A stretch of DNA of 64,000 nt from Utricularia gibba (lineage: Eukaryota > Plantae > Magnoliophyta), in the NCBI GenBank assembly GCA_002189035.1, contig NEEC01000016.1, positions 310,001 to 374,000 on the forward strand, given 5' to 3'. Each line of letters starts with the position of its first letter. Position 1 is the stretch's first letter. The notes below the pieces were generated by a model. It was not told where the DNA came from. It saw nothing but the letters and a program-made list of their open reading frames with translations, and ran no database searches. Of the stretch, positions 27,850-40,256 are shown piece by piece. The position numbers and the translations under genes are program-made.

Positions 27850-27871
27850 GAATATCCGGTGGGGAATATGC
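27850..27871. promoter_or_regulatory. Tandem P1BS (PHR1-binding, GNATATNC) elements upstream of SPX
   Basis: GAATATCC at 27850-27857 and GAATATGC at 27864-27871, 150-170 bp upstream of the SPX ATG. Confidence 0.85.
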
Positions 27872-29497
27872 TTTTGTCCCCGCCATTTGGTCTTATTCCT
27901 TCTCAAGACGGCGACGTTTTGGAAAAGAAAGCTCTTATTCCAATTACTAATAATTGATAATTCAATCATGCGTGCATGCCCAATCACCTACTATCGGTCG
28001 GTACTCGGTAGCTATCGAGCATAATACATGACCGTACTTAACGACACGTGGCACAGGTTACTGACTTCAGATTTTGGGTACCTTCACTTGGGCCGCCACC
28101 GTTGATCACCTTGCATTTGAGCCTGGTATTAACCGTAGGCCCAGTGGGCCCATTAGCAATACCCTTTTTGCCAGGCTGGGGTTCCGGCAGAAGGTAGCGG
28201 TGGTTGTGTTCGTCGCCTTGGCCATCTGGATTCTTATCGAGGGCGTGATCGGGGCAGGGTAGGGGAGCATTACTAGATATGAAGACCTAACGATGAGGAA
28301 AATGAACCGAAAGAGATCACCAAGTGAAGGAGCTAGAGACTAAGGCTACTTGTGTGCTGCACCTCGTTTTGTGGGTTTATCTCAGTCGCTGATGGCCCCG
28401 TCGGCGACATTCGGCGGAGTCATTGTTCTCGGAGAGGGTTTTTGGGGTGTGGGGGAGGTGATTCAGCCTTGCTCTTTTACCCTCTGCCCCCTAGAAAACA
28501 CCCTGGAACAAATTTCTCTACGTGATATGGAGGAGGTTAGGATTAATGTGTCAAGACTGTGGTTGGATCTATGGTTAATGTAATGGGGTTTTACTTTTAC
28601 ATGGTGACTTGTGGGAAGGCATACGAGAAAGCTGGCGACGACGACGATGAGGGCGAAGTTCGATCTCCGGCGTGGGATGCAATCCGTTGTTGATTGACTT
28701 GAGAGTGGTGTTAAATTATTCGTAAAATGGTTTGGAAGACTTGCAACCCAGATAAGAGATGGGCATGCTCGGATTCTCAGCAGGAAGGAACTTCATTGGT
28801 ATTCCCTCGATGACGAGAAGGGATGACGACATGGGACTCTCAGACGAATACGTGGATTTCCCACAACCATTGATCGAAGGCGGTGATGATAAGGAAGAGA
28901 TAAGCTATATTTAGCAATTTTCAGAATCACGTGTGTCTTCCATAAAGGAAAAAAAAAAGATAAATAACGCTCATACGGATGCATTGAAATGCCACGAATC
29001 TCAGTGAGTGATCAGTGCCCGGAAACTGTCCTTCACAAAGGTTCGTTTACATTCGGTGTCTTGGATCTACCCCGTTAGCTTCGCATGTAAAGCATCCTAC
29101 GTCATGTTCGGAAGACAATGGCGTAGATAAGCTTACCACCCGAACGATTTCGGTGGGGCATCTGTTTGGTGGAAGGCGAAAAGAGAAGCCCTTTTGTTTT
29201 TCTTTAGATCTCTTTGCTGGAAAAGTATGTTCTTGAAATGTATTTTGATCGATTTTCGTGTTGTTTGTATGATGGGTGGGTTGGCGTTATTCTTCTTGCT
29301 GAAATTCGAACTTCTCTGTTCTGAATCTGTGCTGCTACTTTTTTGAATGTTCTTCAGATACTTTGCAATCCGGTGATATGGGTTTCTTTTTCATTACGAT
29401 CGATTCATCAACGGGGATTTTGTTTCGCATATGAATATTGTCCACACGTTCCAAATTTATTGGATTCTGAAGACTTGACTATGTTACCTCAGGTATC

Positions 29498-32400
29498 ATG
29501 GTGACCACTGGGTCGTTAGGCGTTGACAAGAAGTCGAATTTTGTGAATCTGAGTTTCAAAATACCCTACTATACTCATTGGGGCAGCAGCTGCTGGTGTC
29601 CGGATCAAGCCCAGCCCTTGGCTCATGGAATGTGAAGAGAGGCCTGCTTTTGAAGCCTTTTCACCTGGGGGATGAACTAATATGGTGTGGCACCTTGCGT
29701 GTTCCAGTTGGTTTTAATTCAGACTACACTTATTGTGTGGTGGACGACGAGAAAAATGTGCTGCGATCCGAGGCTGGAAAGAAGAGGAATGTTCTAGTGC
29801 CAAGTGGTGTTCAAAATGGGAAGCTTGTTGAAATTCATGACCTTTGGCAGGTGTCCTCTATGATGCTTAATGGTCTCTTTGTTTTTTTCACTTCGTTTTG
29901 GTTAAGTGTTCTTGGACGGCCTAGACTACAACATCATCACTAATGATCGTATGCCTAGAAATCATTGGCACTGATTCGAAGAATCTTGTTTGAGTGCTTG
30001 TGAATGAATCTGATGAAATTTTATTCATGCATGAGTGCAGAATGGCTCTGATGAGATACCTTTTAGAAGTGCCTTTAAAAATGTAATATATAATAAAGGT
30101 TTTAATCTAGAGGATGGAATACCTGCTCAGCATATTGAGGATCTTTTTGACACTGAAGGTATTTTATTTCTCATGCACTTTAGATTCATTCATGATGAGA
30201 AAATCAGCAGACATCTTATCTAAAATGTTCATTTTTTTCTGTTCTTTTTTCCTCGTGAATGTGTTAAACAGATGCGGTGATTGTACAATTCAGAATTTGC
30301 TGTCCCAATATTGCGGCAGACACCCTAGTGAGTTGTTTTTTATGTAGTATTCACAGTTCGCTGGCCCAGCATTGCAGTGGGCACATTCGTAAGATGCTTT
30401 TCTATCTCTATTCATTTTCTGTAAACTTCGCAGGTACATGTTATCGGTAGCCCTTCAAAGCTGGGGAACTGGAAGGCTGAGGGCATGGTGAAACTCAAGT
30501 ATTCTGGTGAATATGTTTGGGAAGCTGAAGTAGCTTTGAAAAAGGAAGAATTCCCTGTGAAATATCCTTCACTTACTCTACTTTAATTTCCAGTTTCAAT
30601 TATTCTGACTTGCCTTTTCTTTTGTAAACGTGGGCATTTTCAAGGTGTCTTGCCTTAATTATTTTCACATACAGATATTGTAAAGTTGACAAGGATAAAA
30701 AATTATCTTTAGAAATTGGTGGTAATAGGGAGTTCATTGTTGACTTCACAACAAGCCAACCAAAGTATGTTGTTCGTTCTGATGGCTTAATGCGAGTAAG
30801 CTCCCCCTTGTGTATTCCATGAACCTTGATGTTTAGTTTCTCATCGTTTATCCTTTTCTGTTTCCAGGAAATGCAATGGAGGGGTGCAGGTGTAGCCATC
30901 CCTATGTTCTCCTTAAGATCAGAGGCCGATTTGGGTGTTGGTGAGTTTCTAGACCTCAAGTTGCTTGTAGATTGGGCAGTAGAATCGGGCTTCCATTTGG
31001 TGCAGCTGTTGCCAGTCAATGATACATCTGTGCATGGGATGTGGTGGGATTCGTATCCTTACAGGTGAAAGGATTCATTCCTGCAAACGGACTCTATGTT
31101 CACCATTATTGGTCAATCCTGTGATATGTTCTGAGATACCCGCAACTCTTGATCGGCAGCTCTCTCTCAGTATTTGCATTGCATCCATTGTACCTTAGAG
31201 TGCAAGCACTCGCATCAAAAGTCCCAAAAGATATTGAGGTGCTATTTGCATTCTTCCTTATGCTGTACGTTGATAGCTGATTTCTCATATTATGTGCTAT
31301 TTCTCTCCTTGAACATTATTTATCACAAACAGATTTTTTTTTTGATTCATCTGTAACTGCTTTCTTTTTCCGCAGCAAGAGATCCAGAGTTTGAAAGAAC
31401 AGCTGGACAAAAAGGTGCTCCTTCAATATTTCATTGAGCTTCCAGTGTGTTCTTCTAGAGATTCATGATAGGTCACTTTTTTGGGTTTTTATTCGTGCTT
31501 TCAAAATCTGATGGTCGACCTTCATATACCTCAGAGGGTATCAAAGCTGGGAGTGTACAGTTTCTAACATAAGCTGCACCAAAAGTTATAAGTTTGGAGC
31601 TATTTGCAGGATGTAGATTATGAAGCTACAATGTCAGCAAAGCTTTCACTTGCCAAGAAAATCTATAATTTGGAGAAGGAAATTACTTTCAGTTCGGCTG
31701 AATTCAAGAGTTACTTCTCTGAGAATCAGGTTACAAAATCTTTGCTTTAAGTTCATCTATATGCTAGTGTATGTGTTTTTGTAACGCGTTTGTATATTTA
31801 TCTGGATTCTAGGAGTGGCTAGCTCCCTACGCAGCCTTCTGTTTCCTGAGGGACTTCTTCGAAACCTCAGATCACAGCCAATGGGGACGTTTCTCTGTAT
31901 TCTCGAAGGAAAAGGCAATACAATCAGTAGATCTTATCATTTTTTTTATACTTTTTTCACTGAGTTACTATATTCTAACAAGCTATTTATGATCTGTAGC
32001 TGGAAAAGCTTATCTCGAGGGATAGCCCTCAGTACGATGTAATTCGTTTTCATTACTACATCCAATTCCACTTGCACATGCAAGTAAGTGAAGCTGCTTT
32101 TTTCTGAGTTTCTTCTTCTTCATTTTTGCGACTGGTGAGTAAATCTGCATTTCTGATCATGTTAGCTCTCTGAAGCTGCTGAGTATGCAAGAAAGAAAGG
32201 GGTGATACTAAAGGGAGATCTCCCAATTGGTGTAGACCGAAACAGTGTTGATACTTGGGTGTATCCAAATCTCTTCCACATGAACTCCTCAACTGGCGCA
32301 CCTCCTGATTATTTTGACAAGAATGGGCAGAACTGGGGTTCCCTACCTATAACTGGGAGGAAATGTCAAAGGATAACTATGGTTGGTGGCGAGCTCGTCT

Positions 32401-34470
32401 CTCACAGGTTGTGTTCAATCTTTTCATGCATGATTGCACATAGATACAGCAGTATTTAAGAATTGTGCGCTTTGCTTGTGTTAACAGATGTCAAAGTACT
32501 TCACAGCATATCGGATTGATCATATACTGGGATTCTTCAGAATCTGGGAGCTCCCAGATCATGCAGTGACTGGACTCTGTGGAAAATTTCGGCCATCCAT
32601 TCCCCTGAGTCATGTGGCATTCCTACCTTGTTATTCTCTTTATGTTCATTTTCAGTTGCCCGTGTGAGTTTCGGTAATAAGCTGTGCGGTTGCATTGCAT
32701 GTATTCTAGGAAGAGCTCGAAAGGAAGGAATATGGGACTTCAATCGTCTGAGCCGACCCTACATTACCAGAAAGATATTACAGGTATCAAGTTTCATTTG
32801 CTGCTTCAAAAAAAATTCATTGTTGATGTTGATGCTTCTTTTGTGCATGTTTCTGCATTCACATTATAGGATAAATTTGGAGATTCATGGACGATGATCG
32901 CTTCCATCTTCCTCGATGAATCTCAGGCAGATCATTATGAGGTGCTGCTTCACCTTTTTTTGTTGCTTTTAAAACTAGAAAGTTCTCACAGTACATGCTA
33001 TCTGATATACGCAGTTCAAAGAGGACTGCAATACTGAAAAGAAAATTTTGTCCAAGTTGAAGTCACACTCGGCAAAATCCATTTTTCCAGAGAGTGAAGA
33101 AAAACTGCGGCGTGAACTCTTCAATCTTCATCAGGCTAGTCGAGTGTCTTTGTTGCATAGAAGTAAAAGATCACACCACAAAAGCACAGCCAAGATCATA
33201 CCATGCTTTGTCCTGTTGGTAAATTCATATTGTTGCTCATTTACAGAACGTAGTCCTCATCAGAGATCCAGAGGATCCAAGAAAATTTTACCCAAGATTC
33301 AACCTCGAGGACACCACAAGCTTTAATGGCTTGGAAGAGAAGAGGTATAGAGCTCGAGAGAAGCTGAAGTTTCCTGTCTTTTTCCTTCTCAGTTATATAT
33401 ACATGGCTACATTGCTTGGCAGTAAGAATGTCCTGAGAAGGCTCTATTATGACTACTATTTTCACCGGCAAGACACTCTGTGGCGTCAAAATGCAATGAA
33501 GACATTGCCTGCTCTCTTAAAGTCATCAGATATGCTGGCCTGTGGAGAAGATCTCGGGCTGATTCCCTCATGTGTTCACCCGGTACAATCTCCAAGGCCT
33601 TGGGATCACAATAGTTTCTCTTTTCAGTTTCAAATCTCTCCTATTCCTGGCATTCTCATTTGCCATTGGATCATTTTTCCATGCAGGTTATGCTAGAACT
33701 TGGTCTGATTGGTTTGCGGATTCAGCGCATGCCGAGTGAGGGAGGCGTCGAGTTTGGCAACCCATCGCAGTATAGTTACATGACGGTACTGTCTCCTAAA
33801 AGTTGAATGAACTCCCTCGTGCCAAATATATGAATGAACCTGGGAAACAGATATCTTGTTTCTTCTTATTGTGTAGGTATGTGCTCCATCCTGCCATGAC
33901 TGCTCCACTCTTCGTGCTTGGTGGGAAGAAGATGAAGAACGTAGATGCAAATTCTTCAATGCCATGGTAGGCTCCGACTCACTGCCACCGGAAAAGTGCA
34001 CGCCGGAGATCACCCATTTTATCCTGCAACAGCACATTGAATCTCCCTCCATGTGGGCCATTTTCCCACTTCAGGTAACTTTCTCTTGTCAACTGCATGG
34101 TAGATTGGAACTGCTGCATTCACTGGTCAATGATGGTTGTCTGCAAATACCAGGATCTTCTTGCCCTGAAAGAAGATTACACAGCACGTCCTGCTACCGA
34201 GGAAACAATAAACGACCCAACAAACCCGAAACACTATTGGAGATACCGTAAGTTCACAAGGATGATCTTGAGACTTGATTCAGCACCATAGATCATAAAA
34301 ACCATGCTTGCTCTATCTTCCAAAACAATGCCTATTTTCCTGACAACACTTATGGTTCTCTGTCCCCAGGAGTGCATGTGACTGTAGAGTCGCTACTGAG
34401 GGATGAAGAGCTTACATCCACCATTAAAGGCCTTATCCGTAGTAGCGGGAGATCTACACCCTCACCCTGA
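29498..34470 (+). CDS. DPE2: Cytosolic 4-alpha-glucanotransferase (disproportionating enzyme 2), two CBM20 domains plus GH77; three apparent 1-nt frameshifts
   Basis: IPYYTHWGQ, WRGAGVAIPMFSLRS, LKGDLPIGVDRNSVDTW, YRIDHILG, GEDLG, SCHDCSTLRAWW and NPKHYWRYR. Frameshifts fall at homopolymers 29580-83, 32339-40 and 32719-24. Confidence 0.93.
30562..30668 (+). other. U12-type (minor spliceosome) AT-AC intron in DPE2
   Basis: 5' splice site ATATCCTT, branch-like GCCTTAAT about 10 nt before the terminal AC. Removing it restores FPVK-YRYCK in frame. Confidence 0.88.
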
Positions 34471-35232
34471 AACAGTTGAGTTTCTACCTGGTACACAGTT
34501 GATGATGATGAGGGATCAAGGGAAATAAGTAACAGCAAAGCATCTCCCCTCAATAATGATCATTCCTTTAATAATGATGTTCACAGTAAAAGATGTACTT
34601 TAACATTGATCTTCACTTCATTACGCACCTTCTTGAGCTTGTCCATGTACTTGTTGTTAGCACTTGGCTTTGAAGCTCTATTTGGGAGACTGCAACAGAG
34701 TCCATTTACTGAACTTGTCACTGAGTATGACCACCTTATAATCCAAAGTGTTGGAAGTGCCTCCCCCTACATGGTTCATCAGGTTCTCAGGCTGACTGCT
34801 TCAGAGACGATCTATCAGTTATCAGACATGGAACAGCATCCCCAGAAAACTCCCATCTTCCGCAAATGATTCCAAGCCCGTAGCGTTCTTCATCACTGTC
34901 TGTATGCGCACCCCACCCCACCTGCTGCAATCTATGGGCATCATTCGATAGCTCACAGTTCAGTTCTTCAGCATCCACTAAGGCCTCCCTATGCAGTTCA
35001 TCGCCGGCGACAACGAGTTCCTCGTAATGCAGCTTACAAAGATCCGCAATCTCAACCTCTTCCTCAACCTCCGGCGTCCTTTTCTCGAAAATTAACATAA
35101 ATGAATGATTTAATTGAATAAAGAAATAATTTTGAGGACCTGTATGGAAAATGCCCGGAATTGGAGGACCTAATTGAAAAGTATGTCGGGCATTTAGGGA
35201 GGGGAGTCATCTTGGGCTTATAAAAATGTGTA

Positions 35233-35282
35233 GGCCCATTGGGCTTAGGGTTCATGTGAAATACATCAAACCCATAAGCCCA
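35233..35282. promoter_or_regulatory. Site II (TGGGCY) cluster with telo-box-like TTAGGGTT upstream of the R3H gene
   Basis: GGCCCA at 35233, TGGGCT at 35240, TTAGGGTT at 35245 and AGCCCA at 35277. Confidence 0.55.
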
Positions 35283-35445
35283 AAACGTTGCCGGAGTGGA
35301 TGTGCTTTTTTGACTCTTCGTCTTTGGCATCCGATTCCTTTGTCTATGCCTTCTTGGACAGGAGGAGGGGATTTGGGAGGTTAATCCCAGAGGGAATTTG
35401 AGAAAAGGGCCTCCCTTTTTTCAAGTTCTTTCTTCCCGGATGCTG

Positions 35446-35470
35446 CTCTCCTCTCCTCTCCTCTCCTCTC
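35446..35470. repeat. (CTCTC)5 repeat in the probable 5' UTR of the R3H gene
   Basis: Read directly from the sequence. Confidence 0.9.
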
Positions 35471-35591
35471 CGCGTGGTGGATTATGTCTTTACGTATATT
35501 CTTCTTTTAGCCTGTATTCGTACCTGTAGACGTGCGTAGATATTTCTTCCGTCTCTTTCTTTTTTCTTTTTTTTTTGGGCTGTCTGCATCT

Positions 35592-37438
35592 ATGGATTTG
35601 GCTGCCCAATCATCGAGTGATTTGCAAGGTGACGCCGCGGTTCTGGTCGGAAGGGAGGAAAAGGGGAAGGAAACGCAGCCTGCTTATGTTTCTATGGTGG
35701 ATCCGTTTCTTGTTGAGGCTCTCCAGAACCCTCGTCATCGCTTAACAAGTTGGCGCTTTTTCCTTTTCCTTTTCTTTTTTTTTTTCGGAAGTATCTTTCT
35801 TGGGTATGCTGAGTATAGATTTGTGTCTCTCTGTACTAACTTTTGGAGATAAAATGGAAGTTCCGTACATAGAAGTTGACTTACGAATATCGTCTGTTGA
35901 TCTTGTCAAGATCTCTATTGGATGGGGCTTTAGAGGTTAAAGCGGTGTTAAATGGAAAATTAGGCTGTAGTGAAGTTCCAGGAAGCATTTCTGTGACATA
36001 TATTCGTGATGTAACCGATGCTATATTGGCATCTTTCGAACTGGGCATATAAGTTTTTTTGTTGAAAAACATGAAGTTGACCGTATGATTTGTAGCAGTT
36101 CAAAACCAGTTGGTTTTTGAAATATAATTGAAGAATGTTTCTCCTCCATGACTGTTTGGTAACAGACATTTTATCTATTTGTCTTTGGTGCTTTTGTAGT
36201 TCTACGGATGGAGCTTGATATACAGAAGTTTCTGGAGAGCCCTGATCAACCGCACTTTGAGTTTCAACAATTCCCTACTTCCTACCTTCGCCTTGCGGCA
36301 CATCGAGTTGCTCAGCACTATGATTTGCAGACAATGGTTCTGGACAATGGTGTAGGTGGTCTTGGTATCCGCATTCTAGCTACCAGAAAATCAGAATGTA
36401 AATTCTCTGTGGTCCGCTTATCTGATGTGCCAGCTAAAGAATCAGAAAATGGAAAGCTTGATCAAATCAAGATTGTAATTCGTTCAAGACCCAGAGATCT
36501 GACTAGTTGCTCAACTGAACTGGGGCCTGATCACAAGCATGTAAGATCTGTTGAAGACAGAAAGGAGGAGTATGACAGAGCTCGAGCTCGGATTTTCAGT
36601 GGTTCAAGTTCATCTGAGTCATATCGTGCATCGCCACAGATTGCTGCTGATGGGCAGAATGTTGGTGCAAATGAGAACAATGTGCCTAAGAAGCAGATTT
36701 TGGAAACAGAAAGAAGCATCTGCAGTCGGGAGATCAATAACTCTTCAAGAGTAGCAATTTTTAAGGACAGGGAGAAGGACCGCATTGACCCTGACTACAA
36801 CCGGAGTTATGACAGGTAGCATTTTGGAAAAGTTTAAAATCAGTATTCAGACCTTGAATGCTTCTAAGCCAAAAAATTCCTTTCTTTTGTGAATGGGAGC
36901 TTGAGAGTAACCATTATTTCTCTATTCTGATGTCATCCAGGTACTTTAGGTCCACTGCAAACAACCGCAGCTTTTTAACACCATTTGAAATGCAGAAATT
37001 TCAGACACCACTGGTTCATTATGAGTCTACATCTCCACACCATGGTTACGTTCCTCCCCTTCAAGCCCCTCTCAACTACAGTAACCAGGTGATGAGCCCC
37101 TACTCAGCGTTGGGAATGCCACAGATGCCTCAAGAAGTTTTATACGGTCCATGGCCTACTCAGAGCATGGTGTATGCCCAATCTTACGATCAACTCAGAC
37201 ATTCATTTTTCCAGGTGAGCATTAGCCTTCCTCCCCTAGTTCCTTTTGTTCATTTCACTGTTTCGAATCAATAATCACACCTCAGGTTCCACTGGTCTTG
37301 ACATGAACCAACGTACTAGAATTTATTTGTAATCTGCTTCTTGTTTCTTATCATTGAGAACAAGAACCAACTGTCACGGTTTTTCTGCAGGCCCCCTTTC
37401 AGCAGCCTCTGAGCTTCGATCATGGGCCGAAGCATTGA
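35592..37438 (+). CDS. R3H + SUZ domain single-stranded nucleic-acid-binding protein, 4 exons
   Basis: VDPFLVEALQNPRHRLT|ILRMELDIQKF, SYLRLAAHRVAQHY (R3H), RSVEDRKEEYDRARARIFS (SUZ), last exon APFQQPLSFDHGPKH*. Confidence 0.9.
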
Positions 37439-37609
37439 CTGATGCCCGGAAACCATCTGCAAATGCTGCTTGTTGTTACTATCTTTACTGTTGTAGTAGC
37501 TGCTGTGTTTGTCATCTGGTGGATTATATTCGAAACATATAAAATGTGGAAGATAATTTTGAATTGGGTGGGTGAGATTTCTTAACTAAAAGTGTCTATT
37601 TTGGTATTA

Positions 37610-38435
37610 TCATATCATCCACGTAGTGTTTGCTTCCATTTTCTCTGTGAAGAGCAAAGTCTTCAGCTTCCTCTCGAGCATTTCCTGGTCCTTCAGTTGC
37701 GTTCCTTCACCCTGAAAATGGTTAAAGTTACGTTCTTTTTTGTCCGCAATCAGTTTGAGGCGTGAGTGGGTGTACCTTCAAGTGCAAAGTCAGAAAGCTT
37801 CTTCCCTCGTAGGACTGGAAACAGGAAGCATTTACAACAACAAAGCCTTCCATCTCCACATGCATCATCGCCTCCGCAAGCAAACCCTTTTGAGAACCAA
37901 CCACCGTGATCTGAACCGTCGCTTCCTCGTCCCCGATCCGGGCAGCGGAAATCGACGGCCCATCGGAGCTCTCCCTCCCGCAAAAATCGTCCTCTTGCGG
38001 CGACAATTTGGAGAACAGGGTTTCCCTCTTCTCCTCGAGTTCCTTGACCTCTCTCTGAAGCTCTGGGATGTACTTCACCACTTTTGAAACCGTAGCCGGC
38101 ATGCTCAGTTTGCCCTGCTGGGTTGACGACACACTCAGCCTCTTTAATTAATCATCATCACATACAACCACACGATAATCACATTGTTCTTTGCAAAGAG
38201 TCACAGAATCATGATATTCCAGAACACAGCTCGTTAGTTGACTCACAGATTGCTCATCCGGAGGAAGAAGACCCTTGAGGGTAGAATACAAGTGGCTGAT
38301 CCTCTTGCGACGATCTCGCTCGCCGGCATTGTGGTTCCGTTTCCGGATCTGCGACTTGCTCCAGCGACTCCAGAGAGGGGCGCCGGAATCGCCCAATAAA
38401 TCCCCACGGAGATGCTCGGAAAGAGCAGGAAACAT
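37610..38435 (-). CDS. Clade-Ib bHLH (ORG2/bHLH38/39/100/101-like, iron-deficiency response), 3 exons
   Basis: KRNHNAGERDRRKRISHLYSTLKGLLP, LSMPATVSKVVKYIPELQREV and an ACT-like C-terminus VVNASCFQS..FLTLHL. ATG 38435 was preferred because a TATA-like box lies at about 38485-38493. Confidence 0.88.
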
Positions 38436-38642
38436 CTCTACCCGCTTTTTGCGCAGGGGCTGATACATCCACCTTTCTTCCGTACTTATATACGCCTAGG
38501 GCGTCAACTCACTACTATATTTTTTTTCTTTTCCAATTCCATAATTAATAATTTTCAATTATCCTATTTACCAATAAAAACAAAATTGAATAACTTTTTA
38601 AAATATTATTACTTTAAATACCTATTGGTTATATTTAATCGG

Positions 38643-38733
38643 CACGTGAATAGTGATGGGGGCGGAAGCCAGACACGGGCCCCCATGGGATCACCCCTTC
38701 TATGACACGAGGGAAAACGTTGCCGCGCACGTG
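38643..38733. promoter_or_regulatory. Two G-boxes (CACGTG) upstream of the Ib bHLH
   Basis: CACGTG at 38643-38648 and 38728-38733 (inside GCACGTGC), in a GC-richer patch. Confidence 0.6.
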
Positions 38734-40190
38734 CACTCCATGCTGGAATTACTATATATCAGATTACTTACCTATGGGATAGGTTACATGTTTAAATATA
38801 GAGATCTTCTTAATATTGTGTAATATACTTTTTTCTCAAAATTAAATAACCCAAAATCATATAATTTCATTACATTAGTTACCCATGTAAGAATATACAT
38901 GTTTAAATATTGAAATGCTTCAAATATTATATGACGTATTTTCTTTCGAAATCAAATAAATTAAAATTATTAAAATTAAGTGTCCAAAACTTATAATATC
39001 ATACAAAGAAACACATGAATTAAGAAATTTCGTATCAAAACCAAACATAGACACTAAACAAATACCCTAAGTCACTTATTGGGGAAGAATGGAAAAACAG
39101 ATACCTAATAACAATATTAGACATTAGTTACATCTTATCTTATATAAATCTTACTAATCAACTGAGTTTTCATTTACTTTTTTCATATGTTCTAAATACA
39201 ATATTATTTTAAATATATATTTATAGGAAATCGCTTATGGGCCTTGTTGGTGTGCAAGCCCATGACGTGGACGCTGTATACGAAGGAATGCGGCCCAACT
39301 CATAGGCTGGACCAGGCCCACTCCGAGGAGGGATTGGAATTCATGTAATCAGGATATTACCATGTTACCCTTCAGCAGCACATGGCGGTTCCGCTTCTGG
39401 AGAGGCGTTGGTTTGGTAATTTCGAGTTTTCCTTTAGCGATGTGACGCGGAAATATCTTCTGACAAATAAATCAAATCGTAAAATCCAGGAAAATTTTGT
39501 TATTTTCTCTTTTCGCCAAAAAGCAGATAATTATTTTTTTTTAATGCATTTGAGAAGACCACCCGCACGCTTGTCGGCTAGTGGGCCCCGCCCACAACGC
39601 TCTCCAGAATCCTTGTTTCCTCATCCTATCTTCTTCTTCTTCTCCCCTTACACACGTGCGAGTCTTCACAGCACCGCTCCGCTCAATCACGAACACGTCG
39701 CAAGCGCACAGATTGCAGGGTAGAAGAGACCCTGCAGTTTACCGAATTGATCACTCCGTTGAGGGGATTGCAGCAGACCCATCATTCCGGACATTGATTT
39801 CTCAGTATACGGGTTGTGATTTGTGAATATGGTGTATTGGAGGTGGAGCTGATGGGATGTATCAGAGGGCAACTCGTACAAAAGGGATGGCGTGGCGTGG
39901 TGAGTACGACGGGAAATACAGAGTGATGCAGCAGACCAGTCAATCAAACCGCAGCAAGCAGTAGTCCATGGAAATCAGTGTCTCCCTGCAAAAAGTAAAC
40001 AATGGCCGACCGGAGATTGATAGTGGAGGCGTTGGTGAATGCAGCCTCGTCAAAATCTATTACCCTAATGCGTTTTGAGCAGGTTGCTGTGTTGAAAATG
40101 AAGAACCCTAGCAGAATTTCTGGATAGAGGTAGCAGGACCGGGCCTTTTTTGTCTGTGTGCGGTGGGGACTGGCACGGTGAGGTCAGTCA

Positions 40191-40256
40191 AGCCTGAGCC
40201 TGAGCCTGAGCCCGAGCCCTGCGCTGCCCACCTCACCTCACCTCACCTCACCTCAC
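40191..40256. repeat. (AGCCTG)~5 and (CACCT)~5 tandem repeats upstream of BOP
   Basis: 40191-40220 and 40229-40256, read directly. Confidence 0.9.

Noticed and set aside
38785-38970. Degenerate direct repeat (about 75-bp copies) starting tacatgtttaaatat
   Set aside because: Low-complexity AT-rich duplication with no element hallmarks.
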